Below the pieces are notes generated by a model. It searched no databases. It saw only the letters and a program-made list of their open reading frames with translations, and was not told where the DNA came from. 13,509 nt of DNA. It comes from Promethearchaeota archaeon. Lineage in GTDB: Archaea > Asgardarchaeota > Thorarchaeia > Thorarchaeales > Thorarchaeaceae. Shown here piece by piece: positions 1 to 7,735 of the stretch (the first letter of the stretch is position 1; each line of letters begins with the position of its first letter). The stretch spans positions 1 to 13,509 of the forward strand of contig JBHLPF010000058.1 in the NCBI GenBank assembly GCA_048939765.1, in the 5' to 3' direction. The position numbers and the translations under genes were made by a program.

Positions 1-737
1 TGCCCTCCGACAATCTTGAGGTATGCATCCTCAAGGTCCTCGGTTTTCGTGGAAGCCACGATCTCCTCAGGAGACCCGACTGTCACGAGAACGCCCTCGT
101 TGATTATGCCCACAATGTCACAAACATCCTCTGCAAAGGATGTCTGGTGTGTACAGATGAAGAAGGTGGTTTCAGTTTCTTCAGCGAGGACGAGGATAAG
201 GTCCTTGACAAGTGCTCCAGCACCTGGATCAAGCCTAGATGTGGGTTCATCTAGGAACACGAGCTTCGGCTCGTGAAGAATCGTGGACGCGACAAGGACC
301 TTCTGTTTCATTCCACTTGAGTATGTGTCAAGGAGATCATCCTGACGGCCCTCAAGTCCTAGCATGGTCAACAGACTGTCAATTCGCTTCCTGAGTGACT
401 CGCCCTCTAGGTTGTTCAACGCCCCTATGAACTCGAGGAACTCAATGGCTGTAAGCTTTGAGTAGAGACCAGGGGTTTCGGGCAGGAGGCCAGTCATAGA
501 CTTGATCTCTCCTGCCTTCTTGACTATATCCAGCCCTAGTACTGTTGCAGTGCCACTCGTGGGCCTCATAAGCCCAGAGAGCATGCGCACTGTGGTCGTC
601 TTGCCTGCACCGTTTGGTCCTAGGAAGCCGAAGCGACCTCCCGAGGCGACTTCAAGATCGAGGTTTCTGACTGCCTGGATTGGACCAAAGGTCTTGTTCA
701 GTCCCAAGGTCTGAATGGAGATGCCGTTATTACTCAT
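1..737 (-). CDS. ABC transporter ATP-binding protein (ABC-2/DrrA-like exporter ATPase), 3' end truncated by the window edge
   Basis: Not in the ORF track because it has no stop in the window. Manual translation from ATG 737 gives MSNNGISIQTLGLNKTFGPIQAVRNLDLEV...GFLGPNGAGKTTT (Walker A)...YSSGMKQ (signature)...VFLDEPTSRLD (Walker B/D-loop)...ICTH (H-switch)...AYLKIVGG. The frame is open to base 1. SD GGAGGTG lies at 746-752. It is colinear with the paralog at 2436-3206. Confidence 0.95.
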   Translation of the reverse strand, partial: MSNNGISIQTLGLNKTFGPIQAVRNLDLEVASGGRFGFLGPNGAGKTTTVRMLSGLMRPTSGTATVLGLDIVKKAGEIKSMTGLLPETPGLYSKLTAIEFLEFIGALNNLEGESLRKRIDSLLTMLGLEGRQDDLLDTYSSGMKQKVLVASTILHEPKLVFLDEPTSRLDPGAGALVKDLILVLAEETETTFFICTHQTSFAEDVCDIVGIINEGVLVTVGSPEEIVASTKTEDLEDAYLKIVGG

Positions 738-742
738 TCACT

Positions 743-2431
743 TTACACCTCCACCTTTCCTAGGCTCCTGACACCAAGATACAACATTAGGCCACCTACG
801 AAGAGTAGTAGCGTGGGCCCCATGAGCATCTCAACAGCCATGAACCCGTCAATTCCGAGAACATTTTCAAAGAACCTGAATAGGTTAAAGCCAAGTCCCA
901 TGTCTAGGAATATTGCTGCAAAGAGAGGCCCGATGAGTGTGAATTGCGTCAGCATCATAGAGGTTATCAAGACTGTCTGATGTGCAGACGACTTAGTGTC
1001 CTCATAGTTAGGATTCTGAGCTGTCACTCCCATGCTCACCATCACTGCTCCGCAGACCGTGACAAAGGCTGCGCAAAAGATCTGAATTGCTGTCAGAAGA
1101 GACAGGCTGAACATGAAGAACATTGCAATGGTTGGCGCCAGACTGAGAGGAATAGCCATCATGAAGCCTGTTGCAACACGTGCTCTCATGAAACGAGATG
1201 CTCCCTTTGGTGCGCTGCGAATGATCCAGAGCTGGTCCTTTGACTCAAGGAATCCCGTGCCAGCGAATGGAAGGACACCCACTACGCCAATCATGATGCT
1301 TATCATAGGCAGGATCTCAGTTGCTTCAAACACCTCTCCCTCCATGACGGTCATCTGCTGGATTAGAATTGGAAGTATTATAGCCAGGACGACTCCATAG
1401 AGTATCTTGGAAATGTTCTGTGCCTTCCGACCAAAGTCCTTTAGACTCACAACTGTAAGGGCACCAAAGGGACCCTTTGCAGCACTACGAATGCCTCGGA
1501 TGAATATATTCTCACGGCCAACAGTTGTGACGGTTTCGGTCCTCACTCCTGCACTTATCGTGAAGACTCTATCAGCTGCTGCGATTGCAATAGGCACGAA
1601 TGCCAGACCGAACGCAGCCATCAGCAGAGCACTTGTCAGCATGTCAAGCTGGAGGATTGCACCAAAGCCGAGAATCTGAGATCCGGTCAGACCGATTCCG
1701 TTGAATGTGATGGTAACCCAACTAACCAAATCAGCAGGCCAGGTAAAGGGCATTACTAGGAATGCGTTGATTCCGAGGATGCCTGACAGCTGTGGCATGA
1801 AGAACATCAGACCATACATAGGTACGATGACTATGAGTGCAATCACAAATGAGAGCGCTTTCGCAATGTCGTTGCCTCGTGAAGAGTCTCCAAGCCTTGC
1901 TTGAATCACTGATGTGAGGAAGTTCGATAACCAGATGGTCGATATTACCATCAGAGCGATTACAATGTATACCAATGCCTGACCGACGATTGAAACCTCA
2001 AAGGCAAGCATGAAGGGGGAAATCAATAATGGGGCAAAGACCATTACAATCAGCCCGTACAAGGGCATCTTGCCAACGAAAGTCCCAGTCAGAATGTCCC
2101 TAGTCTTCACATTGTTAGACAGGAAGATCTCCCACTGTCCAATCTTAATCTCTTGCAGAGAGTATGAGAGGGGGTACAATAGTAGAAGTGCCCATAGAAA
2201 GAGCATCACTGTCCGCATAAGTCCTGGAAACATCACCATCAATAGTGTGCGAATGGTTTCCATTGGAATAATCAGTTGAATGAATGTATTGATTATCAAC
2301 GGAGCTAGGTAGATAGCCCATATTGTTGCTAATGCAAACATCAGACCGACTATCGCCTTTCTGTGTTTCCGCATACCAGCCGTTAGTACAAAGAACTCAG
2401 CCTTTGCGATATGATACCACTTACGTGTCAT
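743..2431 (-). CDS. Large polytopic ABC exporter permease (~562 aa, two ABC-2-like membrane halves)
   Basis: About 13-14 hydrophobic segments, lying between two ABC ATPase genes. The start is moved from the track's 2485 to ATG 2431 (MTRKWYHIAKAEF), which follows a GGAGGTGA SD at 2436-2443 containing the upstream stop. 'IAKAEF' and the mid-protein 'SLKDFGR' resemble the amphipathic 'K(E/D)' N-terminal helix of ABC-2 permease halves. Confidence 0.85.
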   Translation of the reverse strand: MTRKWYHIAKAEFFVLTAGMRKHRKAIVGLMFALATIWAIYLAPLIINTFIQLIIPMETIRTLLMVMFPGLMRTVMLFLWALLLLYPLSYSLQEIKIGQWEIFLSNNVKTRDILTGTFVGKMPLYGLIVMVFAPLLISPFMLAFEVSIVGQALVYIVIALMVISTIWLSNFLTSVIQARLGDSSRGNDIAKALSFVIALIVIVPMYGLMFFMPQLSGILGINAFLVMPFTWPADLVSWVTITFNGIGLTGSQILGFGAILQLDMLTSALLMAAFGLAFVPIAIAAADRVFTISAGVRTETVTTVGRENIFIRGIRSAAKGPFGALTVVSLKDFGRKAQNISKILYGVVLAIILPILIQQMTVMEGEVFEATEILPMISIMIGVVGVLPFAGTGFLESKDQLWIIRSAPKGASRFMRARVATGFMMAIPLSLAPTIAMFFMFSLSLLTAIQIFCAAFVTVCGAVMVSMGVTAQNPNYEDTKSSAHQTVLITSMMLTQFTLIGPLFAAIFLDMGLGFNLFRFFENVLGIDGFMAVEMLMGPTLLLFVGGLMLYLGVRSLGKVEV

Positions 2432-2435
2432 CACT

Positions 2436-3206
2436 TCACCTCCAAGCCAAGAGAGATTCGCGGTCGACCTTGCCACCGACAACATTCAGGTATGCATTTT
2501 CCAGATTCCTCGCTCCAGCTGCTTCAATGATGTCGTGAGGTGCACCCTGTGTGACAATCTCACCCTTGTTGAGGATTGCAATGACATCACAGACATCTTC
2601 TGCAAAGCTGGTCATATGAGTGCAGATGAAGAAAGTCGTGTCTGTTTCCTCAGCAAGGACTAGAATCAAGTCCTTGACTACAGCGCTGGCACTGGGATCG
2701 AGCCGTGATGTAGGTTCGTCAAGAAAGACTACCTTTGGCTCATGTAGAAGTGTCGAGGCGACAAGGACCTTTTGCTTCATGCCTGATGAGTAAGACTCCA
2801 GCAAGTCGTCCTGCCTGCCCTCAAGTCCCAGTATACCAAGTAGGCTGTCAATGCGTCTGTGCACACCATCGCCATTCCTACCGTTGAGTGCTCCAATAAA
2901 TTCAAGGAACTCAACAGCAGACAGCTTCGAGTAAAGACCAGGGGTCTCCGGGAGCAGACCTGTAATTGCCTTGATGGCGTCGCGATCTTTGCTAACATCC
3001 ATGCCGCATACTTCGGCATATCCGCTAGTCTGTTTTAGTAGACCGGAGAGAATACGGACTGTGGTTGTCTTTCCAGCTCCGTTAGGACCAAGGAAGCCGA
3101 ACCTGCTGCCCGACATCACCTTTAGGTCTAGGTTACTTACGGCTCGAACAGAGTCGAATGACTTGTTCAGCCGCTCGGTTCGAATTGTTATTCCGTTTCT
3201 AGCCAA
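2436..3206 (-). CDS. ABC transporter ATP-binding protein (ABC-2/DrrA-like exporter ATPase)
   Basis: Walker A GPNGAGKTT, signature YSSGMKQ, Walker B VFLDEPT, H-switch ICTH. The likely start is TTG 3206: GGTGA precedes it and it aligns with Met1 of the paralog (LARNGI vs MSNNGI). The track's GTG 3215 is the alternative. Confidence 0.95.
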   Translation of the reverse strand: MARNGITIRTERLNKSFDSVRAVSNLDLKVMSGSRFGFLGPNGAGKTTTVRILSGLLKQTSGYAEVCGMDVSKDRDAIKAITGLLPETPGLYSKLSAVEFLEFIGALNGRNGDGVHRRIDSLLGILGLEGRQDDLLESYSSGMKQKVLVASTLLHEPKVVFLDEPTSRLDPSASAVVKDLILVLAEETDTTFFICTHMTSFAEDVCDVIAILNKGEIVTQGAPHDIIEAAGARNLENAYLNVVGGKVDRESLLAWR

Positions 3207-3267
3207 CTTGCTCACCGAAATTATGATGCAGTAAATGTTTACCGCAATCTATGTAAACAATCACCAC

Positions 3268-3287
3268 ATTTATATATAAATTTTCCC
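3268..3287 (-). promoter_or_regulatory. Archaeal BRE+TATA promoter for the ABC exporter operon
   Basis: The minus strand reads GGGAAAA-TTTATATA (purine-rich BRE directly before a TATA box), about 60 nt upstream of the ATPase start. ATTTATATATAAAT (3268-3281) is palindromic. Confidence 0.65.
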
Positions 3288-3303
3288 AAGTACGTAGTGA
3301 AGA

Positions 3304-3332
3304 ATTACCCGAAAGCTTTATAGCTGGGTAAT
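3304..3332 (+). promoter_or_regulatory. BRE+TATA promoter of the regulator/bPH operon, bracketed by the inverted repeat ATTACCC-N15-GGGTAAT
   Basis: CGAAAG-C-TTTATAG at 3310-3323, about 35 nt upstream of ATG 3357. Perfect 7-bp arms at 3304-3310 and 3326-3332. Confidence 0.6.
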
Positions 3333-3356
3333 GACGAAAACAGTGAGGATAAGAAG

Positions 3357-3929
3357 ATGCTACTCTCAGTTCACGAAGCAACGGTCTGGTGGGAATTCCA
3401 GCAGGGAAAGACCACTGGAGAGATTGCAAGTGACTATGAGGGTCACGTAGTAGCTCCTAAATACGTCCATGCACTTTTCGAACAGTCTGAGAAGAGATCC
3501 GAGAGAGAAGGCATAGAGGACGTGCAACTCAAGGACACCCAGTATGTGTCAAGAGTTCTCAATAGAGCAAGAAGCAAGATTGAGAAGGCGCTCAGAGACC
3601 AAGCTAAGAGTCATCGGCTTGATATTGAAACCGTTCAAGACTACAAGGGGCTGTTGAGAGGATTCGACTACCAGGCAAACACAGAGGTCTACATCATCTA
3701 TACAATGAAGCTTGGCGTTGTGGTCTGGTATAAGCACGACTCCTATGCCGGCAAGCTCTGTCCGGATTGCCCGAAGCGGGAGGAGTGCCGTGAAACCCTT
3801 GATGCCATTATGACTGAATACAATATTACGCTGCGACCAGACGAGGAACAGCTCTACATGACGGAACAGTCCATTGCCATCTTCAACAAACTCGCTGCTA
3901 AAGAAGTACCGAGGTATAAGAGAGGATAA
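3357..3929 (+). CDS. Putative transcriptional regulator: sigma70-region-4/LuxR-like HTH plus C-terminal Cys cluster (H...CxxCx5C)
   Basis: LSVHEATVWWEFQQGKTTGEIA and TQYVSRVLNRARSKIEKAL match the 'L..re..v......G.s..EIA...VS..l.RA..Kl' HTH pattern. The C-terminal part contains WYKH...CPDCPKREEC. GAGG SD upstream. It is the first gene of a divergent operon. Confidence 0.7.
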   Translation: MLLSVHEATVWWEFQQGKTTGEIASDYEGHVVAPKYVHALFEQSEKRSEREGIEDVQLKDTQYVSRVLNRARSKIEKALRDQAKSHRLDIETVQDYKGLLRGFDYQANTEVYIIYTMKLGVVVWYKHDSYAGKLCPDCPKREECRETLDAIMTEYNITLRPDEEQLYMTEQSIAIFNKLAAKEVPRYKRG

Positions 3930-3945
3930 TGGAGAGTTGTGAAGA

Positions 3946-4698
3946 TTGGGTCGGGACTATGAAGGGAAATTAATCAGGCCACCAATGGAAACAGTGGCTT
4001 ATGGAAAAGTGTTCAAGCCGGCGGCGGCATTGAGGAACAAGTACTGGTTCATTGTGATAGTGACCCTGGTGACCATGTATGCAATAACCGCGGGAACATT
4101 CCTGGGGCTCTTCTACTTGCTATTCATGTTCGACAGCGAACTCTTTCAGTTCTCAGTTTGGCTGGATGTGATGTGGACACCGATCAACTTCTGGTTCTGG
4201 ACGATATCTTTAATCATAGTTGTTCCCGTGTTCGTGTTGATTCCGATCTACCTCAACAGGTTTGAGTACTCGGTCAGAGGTGAGTCAGGGAAGTCACTGC
4301 CTGAGATATACGTCAAGAAGGGACTCATTGATGTCACAGAGAAACATGTGCCATTGAGAACTATTACAAACATAGCTAGCAAGACCGGCCCCTTCGACAG
4401 GCTCTTCGGAATCGGCAATGTTGAGATTCATACTGCCGGCTACTCTGGTGGACCTTACGAAGGGGGAAAGCCTGAGGAGAAGATAGAGGGCATAGTATTC
4501 TATCAGGAGCTTCGGGACTTCATCCTGAGTGAAATGCGAAGTCTCAAGGGCACCTATGCAACCGCGACTGAAGTGCCTACAGAACAAGACGACACTATTC
4601 GTGTGGGTTCAATAGAGGAAGCAACACTAGTCACATTGCAAGACCTTCGTGATGTACTACGAAGAATAGAAGACAAACTTGACAGGAGTGGAATATGA
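3946..4698 (+). CDS. bPH_2 (YdbS-like, bacterial PH domain) membrane protein, copy 1
   Basis: Two TM segments, then EYSV...EIYVKKGLIDVTEKHVPLRTITNIASKTGPFDRLFGIGNVEIHTAG, which matches the PF03703-type pattern 'G......p..rI..v....gp..R.fG.g.v.i.TAG'. C-terminal helix LQDLRDVLRRIEDKL. TTG start after GGAGAG. Confidence 0.88.
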   Translation: MGRDYEGKLIRPPMETVAYGKVFKPAAALRNKYWFIVIVTLVTMYAITAGTFLGLFYLLFMFDSELFQFSVWLDVMWTPINFWFWTISLIIVVPVFVLIPIYLNRFEYSVRGESGKSLPEIYVKKGLIDVTEKHVPLRTITNIASKTGPFDRLFGIGNVEIHTAGYSGGPYEGGKPEEKIEGIVFYQELRDFILSEMRSLKGTYATATEVPTEQDDTIRVGSIEEATLVTLQDLRDVLRRIEDKLDRSGI

Positions 4699-4699
4699 G

Positions 4700-5467
4700 A
4701 TGGGAACCTATTATGACGAGAGAGTAATCAAGCCCCCGATGGAAAGGATAGCCAGTGGAAAGATCTTCAAGCCATCTAGGTCCTTCATCTTCAAGGGCTG
4801 GCTTCAGTCTATCATGTTCTTTGTAATCTGGTGGATTGTCGGAATGACTGCTTGGACTGGCCTGTCATTCATAATCTTGGTGTTCGATAGAGGCTTGACG
4901 CCTCTTCAACATGCCCAATACATGGGTACATGGTGGTGGCTAGTGAACATGTGGTATTGGGGCGTAGCCTGCCTCATTCTTGGTGTCTTTTTCACGGTTT
5001 GGGCCGTGTATGTCCTAAAGATTGAGTACTCGATTCTTGCAGAATCAGGAAGAGCAATGCCAGAGATCTATGTAAAGAAAGGCGTTCTCACTGTGACTGA
5101 GAAGCATGTGCCCTTCAGAACAATAACTTCCATCTTTTCAAAGAAAGGTGTGTTTGACAGGTTGTTCGGGATCGGAAGTGTTGAGATTCAGACTGCTGGA
5201 ATGACGGGAGGGTCATCCCCTGGCGGGTTCCAAGCAAAACCAGAGGAGAAACTCGAGGGGTTGCCATATTTCAACGAACTCCGCGATTTCATTCTTAGGG
5301 AACTCCGTAGATTCACAGGTCAATACGTAACCGGTACTGAGGTAGTCACTTCTCAACAGGAGGATACACTTGCAGGACTTGGACAAGGAGAGATATTGCG
5401 GACTCTGCAAGACATGCGTGACATCCTCAGGAGAATGGATGAAAAGCTTGACAGGAGGGATATCTAA
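4700..5467 (+). CDS. bPH_2 (YdbS-like) membrane protein, copy 2
   Basis: Same architecture (EIYVKKGVLTVTEKHVPFRTITSIFSKKGVFDRLFGIGSVEIQTAG). The start is moved to ATG 4700, 1 nt after the copy-1 stop, with AGGAG SD at 4684-4688. Confidence 0.88.
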   Translation: MGTYYDERVIKPPMERIASGKIFKPSRSFIFKGWLQSIMFFVIWWIVGMTAWTGLSFIILVFDRGLTPLQHAQYMGTWWWLVNMWYWGVACLILGVFFTVWAVYVLKIEYSILAESGRAMPEIYVKKGVLTVTEKHVPFRTITSIFSKKGVFDRLFGIGSVEIQTAGMTGGSSPGGFQAKPEEKLEGLPYFNELRDFILRELRRFTGQYVTGTEVVTSQQEDTLAGLGQGEILRTLQDMRDILRRMDEKLDRRDI

Positions 5468-5468
5468 G

Positions 5469-6230
5469 ATGAGTGATAGCAAAGTAATCAAACCCCCAAT
5501 TGAGGAGATCAAGAGCGGAAAGGTGTTCAGACCTGCTACAGCATTTGTATACAAGGGCTGGCTTGGAGCAATTCTGGGAGCAATAGGATTTTGGGCCCTT
5601 GCAATGGTTTCATGGCTGGGAACAGCATATCTCATAATCGTTTTTGACACTGGAACGACGTTTGCCAATTATCTCGTTTACCTAGATACTTGGTGGATTC
5701 CTGTCAACTTCTGGTGGTGGGTTCTAAATGCATTCTGGTTGATTCCTGCTATTCTCATATGGCCCTTCTATGTAAAGAGGTTCGAGTACTCAGTGATAGC
5801 TCATTCCGGTGAAACAATGCCGGAGATTTATGTCCGCAAGGGAATCATCACGGTCACTGAGAAACACGTGCCATTTCGAACAATAACGAATATCTCAAGC
5901 AAGGCGGGCCCCATTGATAGACTCTTCAAGATTGGAAGTGTTGAGATTCAGACAGCAGGCTATTCTGGAGGAGCTCAAGCTGGAGCCAAGCCTGAAGAGA
6001 AGCTAGAAGGGCTCCATATCTTTGAGTCCGTGAGGGACTTTGTACTAAGGGAGCTTAGAAGATTCACAGGCCAGTATGCCACCGGGACCGAAGTGGTTGC
6101 GCCTACTGATAAACCAGTGCAAAGAATGGATGACACGCTACAAGACGAAATACTAATCACACTACGGCAGATTAGAGATAAGATGGGTTCACTAGATGAA
6201 ATCTTGGACCTTCTTAAGAAAAAGGCATAG
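5469..6230 (+). CDS. bPH_2 (YdbS-like) membrane protein, copy 3
   Basis: Same architecture. The start is moved from the track's 5370 to ATG 5469 (MSDSKVIKPP), 1 nt after the copy-2 stop, with AGGAGG at 5453-5458. It aligns with the paralog N-termini. Confidence 0.88.
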   Translation: MSDSKVIKPPIEEIKSGKVFRPATAFVYKGWLGAILGAIGFWALAMVSWLGTAYLIIVFDTGTTFANYLVYLDTWWIPVNFWWWVLNAFWLIPAILIWPFYVKRFEYSVIAHSGETMPEIYVRKGIITVTEKHVPFRTITNISSKAGPIDRLFKIGSVEIQTAGYSGGAQAGAKPEEKLEGLHIFESVRDFVLRELRRFTGQYATGTEVVAPTDKPVQRMDDTLQDEILITLRQIRDKMGSLDEILDLLKKKA

Positions 6231-6242
6231 GCGAGTCAATGC

Positions 6243-6965
6243 ATGAGCGGTGAAGGGAAATTAATCAAACCCCCAATTGAAGAAGTGAAGAGCGGCAAGG
6301 TGTTCAAGCCATCGAAGGCTTTCCGCACCAAGAACTGGGTCCTTATGATTTTTATAGCAGTGGGGATCTGGGTGATGTTCATTTCCATCATGCTTGGAAT
6401 TGGGTATCTCGTGTTTGGCCTAACTGGACAGCCAGGATTTCAGGGCTGGGTCGATGTGTTCTGGGACGTCATCAATCCTTGGTACTGGCTGCTGACTGCC
6501 ATTTGGTTCATCCCTGCCTTCATCCTCTACCCGATCTACATCAATGCATTCGAGTATTCAGTCATTGCGGAGTCAGGTGAAACGATGCCTGAGATATACG
6601 TGAAGAAAGGTCTCATCAACATCACACGCAAGCACGTTCCCCTGAGAACGATAACCAACATCTCAACTCGTGCAGGTCCATTTGACCGCATCTTTGGAAT
6701 TGGCACCGTTGAGGTGGAAACAGCTGGAGCCTCAGGACCACAAGTCGGGGGATCAGCGGAGGAACGGCTGGAAGGTTTGGTCTTCTATGAAGAACTCCGT
6801 GACTTCATCCTACGCGAATTGCGCAGATTCAAGGACCCCTATGTAACCGGGACAGAGGTCGTAATCCCAGAGGATGAGAAGGTCATCAGAGTGGGCAGTT
6901 CAATAGAAGAAGAGGTCCTCAAGGTGCTTGAAGATATCCGTAATCTTCTCAGGGATCGTAGCTGA
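6243..6965 (+). CDS. bPH_2 (YdbS-like) membrane protein, copy 4
   Basis: IKPPIEEVKSGKVFKP N-terminal motif, 2 TM, EIYVKKGLINITRKHVPLRTITNISTRAGPFDRIFGIGTVEVETAG, C-terminal helix VLKVLEDIRNLL. Confidence 0.88.
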   Translation: MSGEGKLIKPPIEEVKSGKVFKPSKAFRTKNWVLMIFIAVGIWVMFISIMLGIGYLVFGLTGQPGFQGWVDVFWDVINPWYWLLTAIWFIPAFILYPIYINAFEYSVIAESGETMPEIYVKKGLINITRKHVPLRTITNISTRAGPFDRIFGIGTVEVETAGASGPQVGGSAEERLEGLVFYEELRDFILRELRRFKDPYVTGTEVVIPEDEKVIRVGSSIEEEVLKVLEDIRNLLRDRS

Positions 6966-6976
6966 GAGGGAGTACT

Positions 6977-7729
6977 ATGACTGAGGAATCTGCTCGCGTC
7001 ATCAAGCCCCCAAGCGATGAGTTTGAGAGTGGAAGAATCTTTAAGCCTCTTCCATCCCTTCGGCACAAGAAATGGCTGAAGTTCATCTTGGCTGCGTTCG
7101 CATTCTATGGCGTTTTCCTCTTTGCGTTTTTTGGCCCTCCAATTGTGACAGTATTTGTGATTGAGTTCATCCCCCTCAACCTCTATCTTCCTATGGACAG
7201 CTGGATTGTCGGAAGCCAGATCTATTGGCTGATAGCTCCATTTTGGTTAATTCCAGCGCTAATCTGGGTTCATCTCTATGTGAGGAGCATCGAGTATTCT
7301 GTAGTTGGTTGGCAGGGAGAAACAATGCCGGAGATCTACCAGAAGAAGGGCATCATCACGATAACGAAGAAGCATGTGCCATTCAAGAATATCACCCACG
7401 TGAAGAACAGAGTGGGGATATTTGATAGAATGTATGGGATTGGCTGTGTGAAGGTAGAAACAGCTGGTGAGAAAGGGGGGATGCAAGCCACGGGGGTATT
7501 GACGCTTATTATTTCGCGACTATATTCTTCCAGTTCCGAAGAAAACATAGAGGGCATCCGATTCCATGAGGAACTGAAGAGATTCATTCTGAAAGAGATG
7601 CGCGGATTTGGCAAAGCTCCTCATGTTTCCAGGGGAAGAAGAGTCACGTCCAAGGGTCTCTTCACAGAACGTACCCTGCGGGCCTTTCAAGATGTCAGAG
7701 ATGCGCTAAGAACTGAAGCACAAAGGTGA
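6977..7729 (+). CDS. bPH_2 (YdbS-like) membrane protein, copy 5 (most divergent)
   Basis: IKPP...SGRIFKP, 2 TM, EIYQKKGIITITKKHVPFKNITHVKNRVGIFDRMYGIGCVKVETAG. It has an extra hydrophobic loop insertion and a basic C-terminal linker. GAGGGAG SD upstream. Confidence 0.85.
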   Translation: MTEESARVIKPPSDEFESGRIFKPLPSLRHKKWLKFILAAFAFYGVFLFAFFGPPIVTVFVIEFIPLNLYLPMDSWIVGSQIYWLIAPFWLIPALIWVHLYVRSIEYSVVGWQGETMPEIYQKKGIITITKKHVPFKNITHVKNRVGIFDRMYGIGCVKVETAGEKGGMQATGVLTLIISRLYSSSSEENIEGIRFHEELKRFILKEMRGFGKAPHVSRGRRVTSKGLFTERTLRAFQDVRDALRTEAQR

Positions 7730-7735
7730 ATGGTA

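Noticed and set aside
16-3234. Plus-strand ORFs (16-276, 502-714, 944-1243, 1113-1400, 1407-1679, 1701-1904, 2010-2279, 2323-2538, 2971-3234)
   Set aside because: Antisense shadows of the ABC ATPase and permease genes. The similarity between 502-714 and 2971-3234 only mirrors the paralogous Walker A regions.
5370-5468. N-terminal extension of bPH copy 3 containing CGLCKTC, which looks like a metal-binding motif
   Set aside because: It overlaps the end of copy 2 in another frame. The SD and paralog alignment place the start at 5469.
3946-7729. Repeated ~750-bp units considered as a CRISPR array, DGR target or mobile-element repeat
   Set aside because: The units are intact, diverged protein-coding paralogs. 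There is no repeat-spacer structure, reverse transcriptase, adenine-specific variation, transposase or recombinase in the window.
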